Source: Utricularia gibba
Lineage: Eukaryota; Plantae; Magnoliophyta
Length of the DNA stretch: 64,000 nucleotides
Reading direction: 5' to 3'
Assembly (NCBI GenBank): GCA_002189035.1
Contig: NEEC01000017.1
Location: 1,674,001-1,738,000, forward strand
The translations under genes were made by a program, and so were the position numbers. The number at the start of each line of letters is the position of its first letter. Position 1 is the first letter of the stretch. Positions 26,281 to 39,200 of this stretch are shown here, piece after piece. The notes beneath the pieces are model-generated. The model saw only the letters and a list, made by a program, of their open reading frames with translations. It made no database searches and was not told where the DNA came from.

Positions 26281-26914
26281 ATGGTGCAGGCTAGAAAGTT
26301 CAGGGGGTTCGCCAGCGCCATTGGGGCGCCTGGGTGTCTGAGATTCGTCATCCTCTGCTGTATGTGTATGTTGGTACCTGATTCTTGTTGTTTCGGGTTC
26401 TGAGTTTTGTGTGTTTGTTGTTTGCAGGAAGAGAAGGGTGTGGCTGGGGACGTTCGACACGGCGGAGGCGGCGGCGAGGGCGTACGACGAGGCGGCGATA
26501 CTAATGAGCGGGCGAAATGCGAAGACAAACTTCCCCGCGCCGCCGGAGTACCAGTACAGCTCCGCGAACACCAACTCTCTTTCCTCCGTTCTCAGCGCCA
26601 AGCTTCGGAAATGTTCCAAATCGCCGTCGCTAACCTGCCTCCGTCTCGACACGGAGAACTCCCACATCGGTGTGTGGCAGAAGCGCGCCGGCTCGCGGTC
26701 GGATTCTGAGAACTCGAAGTGGGTCATGACGGTGCACCTAGGCAGCAACAGTAGCAGTACTACCAACAGTGGCTTCGATAATAATGGGGTTCTTCCACCT
26801 CCGCCGGAACCTCCCAGGGGCGTCGACCCGATCCAGATGATCGCCGGTGCCGGAATCGAGGAAGATGAAAGAATTGCCCTTCAGATGATCGAGGAACTTC
26901 TCAACAGAAACTGA
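26281..26914 (+). CDS. SHN1: SHINE/WIN1-clade AP2/ERF transcription factor (exons 26281-26359 and 26428-26914) with an apparent 1-nt deletion at 26303-26307
   Basis: MVQARKFRG, then in the shifted frame [17 protein letters not shown]|KRRVWLGTF. It also has the middle motif [29 protein letters not shown] and the C-terminal [19 protein letters not shown] at 26233. Confidence 0.88.
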
Positions 26915-29900
26915 CGAAGGAAACCCAACCTCACTTCCATTCCGTACACAAGTATCCGAATTTGTTGTGTAACATATAATAAATATAATAATAATATAAT
27001 GATAATAATTAGAAGTATATATTATTTTACAATGTTTCCTGTCTTCTTCATTTTGGATTCGATTTTGGCTTTGGGCCTTCATAATGGGCCTCTCTTCTTG
27101 GGTTTCGGCTTTTTATCATCATAATTCATAACCATAATCGGCCCAATGCATTCATTATAATTTTTTTATCATATATATATTTTTTATAATTATAAAAATA
27201 TTTAAAAATATCTAAACTATACAAATTTTTAAATCATTAAATGACATCAAATATAGTTATGATACCAAATATAAAAATTCACTTTTTTATAGGATATTGT
27301 TTATTTTGATTACTTAATATTCATGATTTTATATTTTTTTTCGATAAAAATATTTAATGCAAAATTATAAAAGTCTCATATACTTTATCCATAACCAATA
27401 TAAGATTCACCTTATTCTTCCATACTTTATTGGGCCCGACTCTGATTCATCATATTTTAACCATTTTCTATTTCTTTAATTTAAGTAATTCAAAATAAAA
27501 TGATTTTTATGACTCTCTAGACTAATTAAATTGAATAACTGTAGTGTTGACTTTCACTATTACTAAGACAAGAACACATGTTATGGCGCCTCTATTACAC
27601 AAGAAATAAATAGAATTTTGAAAACCGTAAACATCAACACATACCTTAGATATTAGGTATTATTGCTCAATTATTATTATTATTGTTGTTAAATTATAGT
27701 GGTTGGCTCGGACAATAAACAAAGAGTAATATTATTATTTTTCTCCGTGTCTCTCTCATCTTTTATATTATATTCACACATGAAATGTACATGGTTTTTT
27801 ATAAAAAAAAAAAATAAATTAATTACAAAATACTTAATTATTAGCCTTCAGTGCACTATTTATTTCTTAAAAAAGGTGTAAAATCTAATTCATTAAGATT
27901 TGGGGGGTAAGAATGCATAAATGGATTAATTTGTCGTCCATTAATTAAAAATTGTAAAAAATTACTTGTATTCCCAAGTGGGGACAGCTGTGACGCACCA
28001 CGACAGTACCGCGCTCGACATGCCGCTTTTGTGGGCCATCTTGGAATTAATGCAGAAAACTCTTAAATAATACTAGTGGTAAATAATGTTTTAATTTATT
28101 ATCCAATTTGATTATTTCGCCCAATTGGATTTATTAGAATTTCACTGTATTTATTATAAAAATAAGAATCACTGTATAGATATAGGATTTTAAATGTTTT
28201 TGAATGTTGTTTGATTTTGTATAAAATTTATTAGCTTCAAAAAGTCTATAATAGATTCCATTATTTTAAGAATCAAAATGAAGCATTGGTCTTCTACAAT
28301 TGATGTTGTCTAATTGATTTTTAGTTGTGAAGCATTCCAAATTAAATATTTTGATGAGGAGTATGTGATAAAAATACATTAATTATCATTTTAGAATGTG
28401 AACTGAGGAGGGAAAATATTTAAATAATGATATCATTCTATTTTTATATGAATTATTTTTTTATAAGAAAAAAACATAAAAACGTTAGAATTGAATATTC
28501 TAATTAGACAATATTGTACAACATTAATATATATTAAAACACAAACTCATATATTAGATGAGCTAATTTGATAGCATGAAATACACACCTATCCCTCCTA
28601 CTCCAAAAAGTACTTTTCAATAGTTGACTTTGCTTGTTATAGTAAAAGAAAAACTATTCTTTGCATGAGTTTCATTAATTAAAACATTAATTTCCATTTT
28701 ACTTCTAATTTGCTTCTTTTCAGACCTCACTTTTATCTATAAAATATTATAAAGAATTTAATTTCAAATTTTTATAAATTAAATTTGTCTTCAAATAGCA
28801 CAGTTTATTAATATTTTATTTTTATGTAAATTAATCCAATTCGCATTCAATCCTGAATAAAATAAAATGCGGTAAATTAGTATTTGACCAGGTATTTATA
28901 ATTTTTAAATAAAAAAAACTGATAATAGACGAATCAGAAGTGCCCACGTGCCCGTGGCCGATGTGTCCACAGTTAAGGTTGAGACAGCGGCTTCGATGGC
29001 ACTTGCCAGTTCCAACGATGAGCATTGATGGAGATTCGTTTCAACCCAATAATGTTATCATCATGTCACTTATTATAGTTTATTTTTTTGAAATTAAAAT
29101 AAAACCAATAAATGCGAATTAAACAAAAAAATAAAATAGATGAAACTAACTGATAAAAAAAATATCTTACCAAAAGGATCCGTGTCAAAGTGAGACATAG
29201 TGTGCGTAGGACGTGATGTGTCGGATGTGGATGGAGATGAGAAAATTAATTAATTTACTAAAATATAGTAAACTTATATGTCATATGATTTTAGAATCTC
29301 CTCCGTGGCCTGTAATAATGTGTTATACGGTTGCTAGGCATTTGGTTTTAGATTCTCTATCATTTACATACTCAACGTCGAGTACTCCTTATATCATCAT
29401 TGGCATATATTCGGGTTTTGTTATGATATCAAATGTTAGTCAGTAATCACGTTATTTTTGTATAATATTATTTACTTTAAATATTCAAATTCATGATTTT
29501 ACGTTTTTTATTTCTAAGAAAAAAGATTTTACACAAGATTAGTAGCTGTTTAAACATATTCTCTTTCTCATATATAACCAATGTGAGATACGATTACGGT
29601 AAACTTCTTGTATTTTTTAATAATTTGGTTAAAAATTAAATTATATAAATTTGGAATATATTTAATGAAAAATATTCATTTGTTAATAATATCATTATTC
29701 TCCAAAACATTGTTAGCAACACCAAAATAAGGAGATGAAAAATTTTGCATTGATCTTGTGGGTTTCCATTTCAATAGACGTGAATTGAGGTAAAATAAAG
29801 ATAGTACGATTACATTTATAATTAAAAATATTGAAAGTGAGAAAAAATGTAAAATAAAATTAGGAAATTGACTAAACAAAAATGACATTTGTTATTCGAG

Positions 29901-30411
29901 GAATAAAATAGCTTATTCATTATTTACTATTTGGAACCGGTGGACACCATTTGGGGTGGTCGGACCGGATGCTGAACCGGCTTCCCATAACCCTAGCTCT
30001 AGTGTTACTGTTGGCACTTGGCAATGGCATGCATATCCACCAGCCATGGGAAAGCATGTATTATTATTATTATTATGAAAAATATAATAATATGGATTTG
30101 GGATGGGATGCATCTGGAAGGTTCCATAGTCGAGGAGGCATGGGAGGATGATCAGCAGGGAAGTTTTTGAGCTTGGGGCGGTTAAAATAGGGTGGAGGGG
30201 AGGATTAGCAGGAAGCAGTAAGTGGTGTGCTGCGTCTATAAATGGAGGAGTGACTGGGTACTTGTCTTCAGGCCACGCACCCTCCACCTGTTAACCTCCG
30301 GAGCGCAACACGCACTTCTCGCCCCATTTCCTCGATTCGATAGATTGTCGTCTTCTCGCCAGATTTGAGGCTTCTTAAAATCCTGCGAATTCGGATCATA
30401 CGTGATCGAGA

Positions 30412-31480
30412 ATGAAGGATAACAATGCCAACCCATTGCGCCTCTCCTCCCTCAACCACATCTCGCTCGTGGTTCAATCCGTGGAGGAATCCACCTACTT
30501 TTACCAGAACATTCTTGGGTTTGTGCCGGTGCGCAGGCCCGGGTCTCTGAAATTTGATGGATCCTGGTGGGCAGAATTGAAATGCTTTCTTTCTGCTTCG
30601 TCTTTTTCTCTGTGCTGTGTTTCGATGGGTTGATCTGGGCCGCTTTCTGCAGGCTTTTCGGGCATGGGTTCGGGATTCATTTGCTCCAATCGGAGAATCC
30701 TGAAAGCGGGAGTCCCAAGAAAACCAAGATAAATCCCAAGGATAATCACATTTCATTCCAGGTATTGCGATTCAATCATTTAGCTTCATTGCTTCTCAAT
30801 CTCGCGGTATCCAAATCGGGCTCCGGTGGCCTACAGCTACATTAAATTACTATTGATAAACTGGGTTTGTTTTCCGCTTCTGAATCTACTGATATCCAAT
30901 TCCGGATTTCAAGTGCCCCTAGTTTAGTATCAGGGAAGAATTGGGTTGATTTTTCATGGGATGCAGGGGTGCCCCAGATGTATAAATCCAAGTAGGTGAT
31001 GTCGGGGAGCATTAACTTCTCAGGGTAGTGGTAGCTCAGTGCTTAGGGTCCACTGAGAAAGGACCCCAACAACAAAGCGGAACCCATGATTGTCATTCAC
31101 TGTTCATGTGCTAGTGATAGCTAACAAACACCCCCTGAAATGGGAATCCTCCAGAAGTTGTAATCTTCTGGAGGTACAATCAGATTCCCCGATCAAATCA
31201 GGTTCTCACTCAATTGAAATGTTCTTGTTTTGCAGTGCGAGAGCATGGAGACGGTGGAGAAGAAGCTGACCGACATGGGGATCGAATGGGTGAAGCAGAG
31301 AGTGGAGGAAGGTGGATCTATGTCGACCAGCTCTTCTTCCACGACCCCGATGGATTCATGATCGAAATCTGCAACTGCGACGACATGCCCGTGATACCAC
31401 TCAACGGCGAAATGATCCGTTCCTGCTCGAGACCCAATCTCCGGCCGCCGCAGCCGCAGCTCCCCAAAGTTAAATCATGA
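30412..31480 (+). CDS. Glyoxalase I-like / VOC-fold protein (exons 30412-30566, 30653-30761, 31236-31480) with an apparent 1-nt deletion near 31315
   Basis: LNHISLVVQSVEESTYFYQNILGF..RRPGSLKFDGSW|LFGHGFGIHLLQ...INPKDNHISFQ|CESMETVEKKL...VEEG, then in the shifted frame IYVDQLFFHDPDGFMIEICNCD. TATAAAT at 30237. Confidence 0.88.
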
Positions 31481-32331
31481 ACTTGCTGCGCTTGTATCGG
31501 ATTCGTCGTCTTCCTCTTGTTGTACTATTGCATCTCTTGCCTGTACCTTACGTTTCCTTGTCCTTCGCTGTCGGTATTGTAATAAAATGAAACACCTGTA
31601 TTATACACGTATTAAATACTATTCTGGGAAATTAATTAATTATATTCCAGATAATACTATTTGTGTACAAACATTATCATTTCCAGTTTTCGGACAGGTA
31701 ATAATTCCAAAAACTGGAAATCAAATGTACATTAGATTCAAATTTCTAGATTTGTCTTTTTGAATTTGAGTTGACCACGTCGCCGAGTGATCACACTCAT
31801 CGCTTCCATACTCGCAACTCGAAAGACTAAATTCTCCAAAAAAGTCAACCATAAATTAATAAAATAAAATTTAGAAATCTGTAATTTTGTAGAAATAATA
31901 ATACGTTTCTAAATTTATATATTTTTAAAAAATTAAATAATTTATATTTAATAATAAAACAGAAAATTACCTTAAAAAACCCATATATTTAACATTTTGA
32001 TAAAATTAATTATTATGTTTAATATAGATTACGTATTTTATCTCCAATAATAAAATCAGTTCTTAAAGTTTTGTATATTGAACATAATTAATATCCAAAA
32101 GTTAACATATCAAATATAATTAATTTTTAAAAATTTTATATTTTTTTATCTATCATTAGACTCAAACATATTGAGTTCCCTATTGTTTAAAAACTACGTA
32201 TGATTAGTTTAAAATTAAAAACTAATTAACCAAAAAATTGAAAATAATAATAAAATAAGGAAAAGCATTTTTATAATTTTACATATATCCAAACCGCTCA
32301 TGAAAACCGGGTCAACGACAAGGATCAGGAA

Positions 32332-35015
32332 TTAAACCGGTGGAGTGAAAGAGAGCCGGGTTTGCTTGAGCTTCTTGTGCTTGTGCCCATTCTCCTCCTC
32401 CATCTGTCTTCTCAAGTTGCTCAGTTCATTTGCGCTCACGTTTCCATTCAGTTTCTTGTTCAGCTCGTAGGCCTGATGCAGCATCCGCTTGCATTCTTTA
32501 CTTGCAGCATCATGGTCTATGACTGAGCAACAGACAACTCCTCTGTCAAGTCTCCATTGGCGAAAGCAAGCAAAAAGGCAATGGGGTACCTGGTTTTGGG
32601 TAGTCTTTCCCAATGATGCACTTTGCTTTCACCTGCACGCTTAGAGGAGCCTTCCACGGCGCGTATATGTACTCCTTGGGCATGTCTACCACATGCTACT
32701 CGTCAAGAAGGAGCTTGGGAGTGATAATGGAGATGTAGGGGAGCTGAGGTACCTTTTAAGATGGGGAGGAAGTGCCTGATGTAGTCACCGTTGGGGTCGT
32801 ACTTCTTCCCGAATGATACCGGAGAATAGATTCGGTTGTACTGGAAAATGGGAAGAAACTTGGGAAGCTTGCAAATGAAAGGATATGGTAAAGAAGAAGG
32901 GAGTTCATCATCAACCTGGTAGAAGAAAGAAGAACAAGATAGCCACAGCCAGTTTGCATTGTTGATTGACCAGTCTGAATCGATTAGGAGTCGCTCGAAC
33001 ACGTCGCGGCCCTTTTCCCAGTGAAGGAACTGTCATGGGAACGAACAGCTACATTTGAGGACAATGAAGAGGGGAAAGAAACGAGTGTGGCAGTGAAGCT
33101 TTTGATCAGTACCAGGTCTCCTCGTGTTAGAAAGCAGGCAACGCAATGTCGAGCAAGATGGTGCATCCATCCCCATTTCCGCAACTGCGTCATAGTATTG
33201 AGATGAGAATCCATACATGAGTACTGTCTGTGGGGAAAAAAGGAATTCACAGATCACCTGAATCATTATGGCATCAATCCATGGAAATCCTGTCCTAGCA
33301 TCTCTCCAAGCAGCAAGCAACTCATCGTCATTTTTCCATGGTATCTACAGACAAGTGAAGTTAGATCAAACAAACATGCGCTTCGGTTGGAAAATGATGG
33401 ACCAACAAATGCCAGGTTCAAATGTCAAGGAGCTGAATCGAATGCAATGCAAGCTGATCAAAGGCTACCTGCTTGCATATTTTGTTGTCCTTCATCTTAT
33501 CAAAATTAGGCGTGCCAAAAGCGGCTGTGTAAAAGAACTCTCTCCACAACAACTGCAAAGGGATTAAACTTACATTGAAAGAAAACTACTGGAAACTAAT
33601 TTTATAAACAGAGAAAACCAACCTGCCCAAGAAGAGAGACTGGTGGAGATGTGTGGCTTTTCACGTTTTTCTGAATCTCTTGAATACATTGATAAAAGTA
33701 TCTCGAAGAAAGACACCCAAACTTGCATTGTTTCAAACAACATACTGGATTAGAAGGTTGCGCTTGTATTATCTATGACCAAACAAACGAAACAAGCTGA
33801 TAAACTTACTTTTAAATAAGGGGATAAAACGGTAGTTGCAGGTCTGAGAAATAATGATGGATCTCCCTTCGGTTTCTCAAATTTGGCCACCCACTCCTAC
33901 AGAAAATTTAGAACTTCATCATAAAATGGCCAAGAAAACTGCAAGTTGAATTGAATATTCTTACCTTGTCTGAAAGACATTCTCGTAATCTTTTCAATGC
34001 TTCTGATTCACCACCATGGAATGGAGTCTTATCATCCTATACACCCTGGGCCTATCACTTCAATTGAACTTGAAGGATATTCAGATAAATAGCACACATT
34101 GTACCTCTGGTATGTCCTCATACCCTAATTCTTCGATTGATGGAACATTATCCAAAACTGAGCAACGCCCAACATCTCCAACGGAAGGAAGCGGACTGAT
34201 ATCGGTTGAAATGGGGGTTGTAGCCCAAGAAGGCTCCCCAGCAAGCTTGACGAAAGATTGGAAACTCAATGGTGGCTTTCCTCCATTCTAAAAAGCAACA
34301 CAGATATAGAGCACAAGGTGATAACATGCCCACAAACGCTGCTCCTATTATTTGCACTATTTCATTCTCATTTACAGAACAACAAAATTTTACCTTCTGT
34401 ATAACTTCAGCCGGGCTGAAGATTGTATGGCTCACTGGGGAAAAAGTTTCTATATTTGCAGCTGAACAAAATTTCTGTAATAGGAAAAATAACTTTGAAC
34501 TCGTCTCAGGAGGTTATCAATCTCCAAAGAAAGAAGCAGCAAGAGTTTCATCAGCAGTAGTTTACCTTGACCTTATCGTCCATAGCTTGATAATAAGGCT
34601 CTGTGTCGAACTCAAAGCAGAGCGTTGTTATATTCCACTACCCCCACAAAAATCCCATCAATGGAAAAGCGAATAACAACGAAGAAATGAAACACAGAAC
34701 AAAAACCACCTCTTTCAGGCACCGAAAAAGAACTTCACATGGCTCTCCCTTGAGCACCAACAAACGGGAACCCAGCTTCTTGAGACCCAAATCGAGATCA
34801 ACAAGACTCTCGAGCAAGAACCTGATTCTGTTCAAGCCAGCCCGTTTGGAGCCGGGGGAGAAGGCTTCTGGGTCGGGCTCCATGTAATGTGGGTCGATCA
34901 CAAAAACCGGGTATAAAAACCCGGACCTTCGAGCAGCATGCTCAAGTGCTGGGTTGTCATGTATTCTCAGACCCTTCCTGAACCAAATCAGGGAGTTGGA
35001 CATGGAGGAAGCCAT
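32332..35015 (-). CDS. UVR3: (6-4) DNA photolyase, 14 exons, intact
   Basis: [64 protein letters not shown] (the catalytic His region of (6-4) photolyases), [13 protein letters not shown] and [13 protein letters not shown]. All exons join in frame. Confidence 0.95.
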
Positions 35016-36258
35016 GGCCGAATTCGGAAGTGAGTGCAACAGAGATGAACATCTGTAGAGAAGGGGATTTCCCGCCTAGGCAACCGAACCCACAACGTGG
35101 TTCGCTTCTAACCAAGCGTCCATGTGTCACATAGTGAAAAGACGCAAATGCCCCAACACACGAAACAAAATAGCTTTTGTCCAGCCATTCCCAGTAAAAT
35201 TTCTTTTGCATGAAGACGGACTCACCAAGGCTATTATCGTCCTTGTCAAATGAACTTCCGTATTATATCTGACCACGGAATTATTTCAACCTATAATTTT
35301 TTAAATTTACTTCAAAAAAATTTATAAAAAATTCTAAAAATTCAAATTTAATTAAACTCATGATAAAAAAAAAGATTCAATTTAAAAGTATGAATAAAAC
35401 CTATTTTAAAACATGGATATGGATATCAATGACGCCCGCACTCCCAAATAAACAGGAAGTAACCCGCCTATAAAATAAACCTTCCAATTGAATGCAAAAT
35501 GGTGCTGCTGGTCCAAGTACTATAAAAAAGAATTGTATGAATTCTAATTCCAGACGCAGACAGGGCACTAGAGAGGCAGCAGCTGTAAGAAAAAATCTCC
35601 CTTGTTGCACTCCTTGAGGCAAGATGATGAACATTGCGCCTGTTTGAATCAACAATACCTTAAGTTGAGTGTTTAAACAATACTGACGGTGGGGAGTCCC
35701 GGAGGCTGTTTAAACATGACATCCCTCCTCATTACACGATCTAAGGAGTATAGGAAGAGAACGGACCTCAATTGCCGCCATGGCCACCCACTCGGAAGCA
35801 CGCAAAATCTGTCTTGGGATGACTCATTCATGAGGAGTAAGCACTGCAAACTCAGCAAGATGGAAAGGAAAACAGTGAGCAACTACTACTGACTGTCCCT
35901 TGATGCTCACTCACAAAGCTATTCCCTATCAAAGAAATTCCTTGCAACTTGATGCTCTATATTCATTATAGAAAGTAGAGGTTCATTAGGATTTTGACGA
36001 GCAACTGTAGCACATGATATACATGACAATGCAAAAGCAATAAGGGGTAAATAATTGAAATAGAAAGAAAAAGTCTCAATGTATAAGACCTCTAACTTGC
36101 GCGTAAAGCCCTGATGTATGACAACAAAGCGAGCTAATAGCACATAATAGTATCAGTCAGGCTATATTGATTTGTAGTCAACCACTAGAAAAAGTATTGA
36201 TTACCAGCAAAAAAACTAGTACTAACCCCCCACCCTCCCTCCCCAAAACTAATTGGTC

Positions 36259-39200
36259 TTAGGCTGACGGTTTTCCTTCATTATTCATACCCCACTGTTC
36301 CTCAGCCTTGTTGCCATTAACTAGCTCAGTACCATCTGTAGAGTCGGATTCCACTATAACTGCCTCTTCCTGATTCTTGGAATGGCCATCTACTTCTGGA
36401 TCATCAGACACCTCTGCTGCTTCTCCATCAGGCTCAGCATCCTGATTAGAAGAGGAAAAAGACCACGTACTTTGAACCAAGATAACTGAAATTCAACTAA
36501 TATGTAGCTGGCATTTAATTGCCACATAATTAGACATCAAGATACATTTTCCCAGAAAGACCATCCAATTGTATGGTCAAAAGTTCAGACCTACCTCATA
36601 TCCATTTTCGGTAGGCTCTTCAAATTGCATACTCTTGCGAGCTTCTACAAGACTTTCGGTGGATCTATGGATATGGCTGGCATATTCAGCTGCAGGCCGG
36701 TATTTTCCCCTTGATGAAGAAAATAAAGTTGATTTGGTTAAAGATTCCTTCATGTAATACACCAAATGCACAGAACCAGGGTATTGTGCAAAGTAAATGT
36801 TAACTGGATCATGTGAATGACAGTCCCTGTGAATTTTAACCGCTTGAATTCCCAATCCAGAGAGAAATAATCATTCAAATTAGCATATACCTTGTCTCAG
36901 CAACTTCAGCTTCAACAGCAAGAGCAACTTGCCAGTCATCAAACAAATTAGGATACTCTTCAGGATCAGCAAGAGACTCAGCAGCTTTTTGATTAATCTG
37001 CATGTTTTCAAGCGGCACAATCCTCAAATAAACATAACACTAATACTCATAATTAGATCATCATAGCATGATGCACATAATTTCAGAGAAGACAAGATTC
37101 AGAATAAACTACCTTGCCGAGGTCCTTTCTCCAAAGAGCAACAATTTCTGAAACCTTACTTGGGAGGTAAGACCGTGCCATCAATGCAGCTTCTGGTATC
37201 CGATTGCTGTATATAATTCATGGGTTAGCGACATAGATAAACAAATAAGAGGGGTTGAAAAAGAAAAAAAAAATTACCTGTCAACTAACAGCTGGAGGCA
37301 GTCCTCCAACTTACCAAGCATAAATAGGCAAAGAAATGCAACATTGTTCTTTCCATGCTCTTTGGCAATAGAAGCAAGTTCAGTAATTCCTTCAGCATCG
37401 CCTAAAGAGGAATACAGTAACAGAAGACCACTCAGATCATTAGCTTGCTTCAGGCACTCCTCTGCCATCTCCAACTGAAATGCAAATACAGGAGCATGGT
37501 TATACAATTAGTATAATACAGGAATCGTTTACAAATCTTCAGATTTGCAAATGTAGATAGAAGCGAAGAAATAATCAGAGCTTCTTTGGATACAAAACAA
37601 CAGCTGCTCGTACCATTTCACAGTGAATTTTTTTTTTTTTTTTTTAACATAATAGATATAAGACCAAGTTGCTTACCATTCCAGTAGACAAAGCCAATTC
37701 ACCAAGTTGCCTCCATTTAGACTCACTATGTGCAGCAGCTGCAATTTCCTGTGGTGTATATAAAATAGTGAGAATTTACTGACTATAAATCCGGAATCTG
37801 AGACAGACCCAGTGATATAACAAGTGAAGAAATTTGAGAAAAATAATGATATCATAGTACAGAATCTGATGCTACCAAGAGTTGATTTCATATGATCACC
37901 TTTGCAATCTCTAGTTTCCCTAATTGAATGGCCAATTCAAATCTGTAGTCAGGATCTGTAGCGATACTAAGAGCATCTTCCGGCATTCCCCTTGACTCCA
38001 AGAAGTGGGCGACACTGCCAAAAGGGGGAAAAAGATCCAGTAGCATGAACAACCAGTTTTAACTCACTCCTGGAATCAAATTGAAAAAACAAATCAAATG
38101 TACAACAAGGATACGGCACTTAACGCGACCTAACTTTCCAATGTTTTTCAGCAGGCAACCCCACTATTAGAACTCTCATCAAAGATGGTTCATGCAAACC
38201 CACTGGATTATAAGTTTTAACATGCATCTTGGAGAGATAGTTGCTTCATTCAAAGGCTGAGAAAACTTAAAAAAAAAAAATTTACAAGTTCATCCGAATA
38301 GAAATGCTAAGGACCTGTTATGATGCTCCTTTGGAATTGAGGGTAAGAGCTCATTTGCTCTCTCAAAATCACCACGCATTACAAGAGTCTTATACTCAAT
38401 CATGCTGAGCAGCATGGTGTATCCCATAACACTGCAAGTCCCGCGCAAAAATATAAAGATGAAAGATAAATGATATTGCAAAGATCATGATGTTTCAAAA
38501 AATTGCAAAATATAACTCACTTGAACTCTTTATCAATGAGATAAACTCGGCTTTGATATGCAAGATACCCAAGCAAGTACATGGGCCGATCTAAGTGATA
38601 CATTGTGGTCACCTTAAAAATATATCAGATGGTTACATTTTCCATTTCCGAAACCAAAATGGCTTTGAAGTACATACCTCACCACCGACACAATAATTAA
38701 GTCTCCAGGAGGAATTAGTGTAGATGAAACAATCTCCAACCCAAATTCCAGTTCGCACTCGTTCATTGATTTCATATAGAAGATCAAAAGCATCTTCCAC
38801 ACCTTGCTCATCCACTACTTTTCCAGAATCCAGATACGCAGAAACCACATCCCGCTAAAGTAATAGAAAGTTAGTAACAGAATAGCTTCCTATTAAGTAC
38901 TAACAAATTCAAAAGAACATCAAATGCGTGAATGCTCACATTGTATTTAAGAATATAGCATGATGTGTCACTCGCAATGGCCACCAGATCACCACTGTCA
39001 GCCCAGTACACATTCTGAAAAAAATCCAAAGAATTCAAATAATGGTAATTAAGGGATAAGTAATGATTAAATATCAGGCAAAAAAAAGTGGTCCAACAAA
39101 GAAGTTTGATACCTTGACACTGACATCGATTCTTCGAATCAACCTGCATTCAGCCCACTCAAAGAAGCAAATGAAATCATTTGCACACATCGCCAATAGA

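Noticed and set aside
31031-31060. GTAGCTCAGTG resembling a tRNA D-arm / A box
   Set aside because: There is no T-loop or B box (GTTCRA) and no acceptor stem, so it is not a tRNA.
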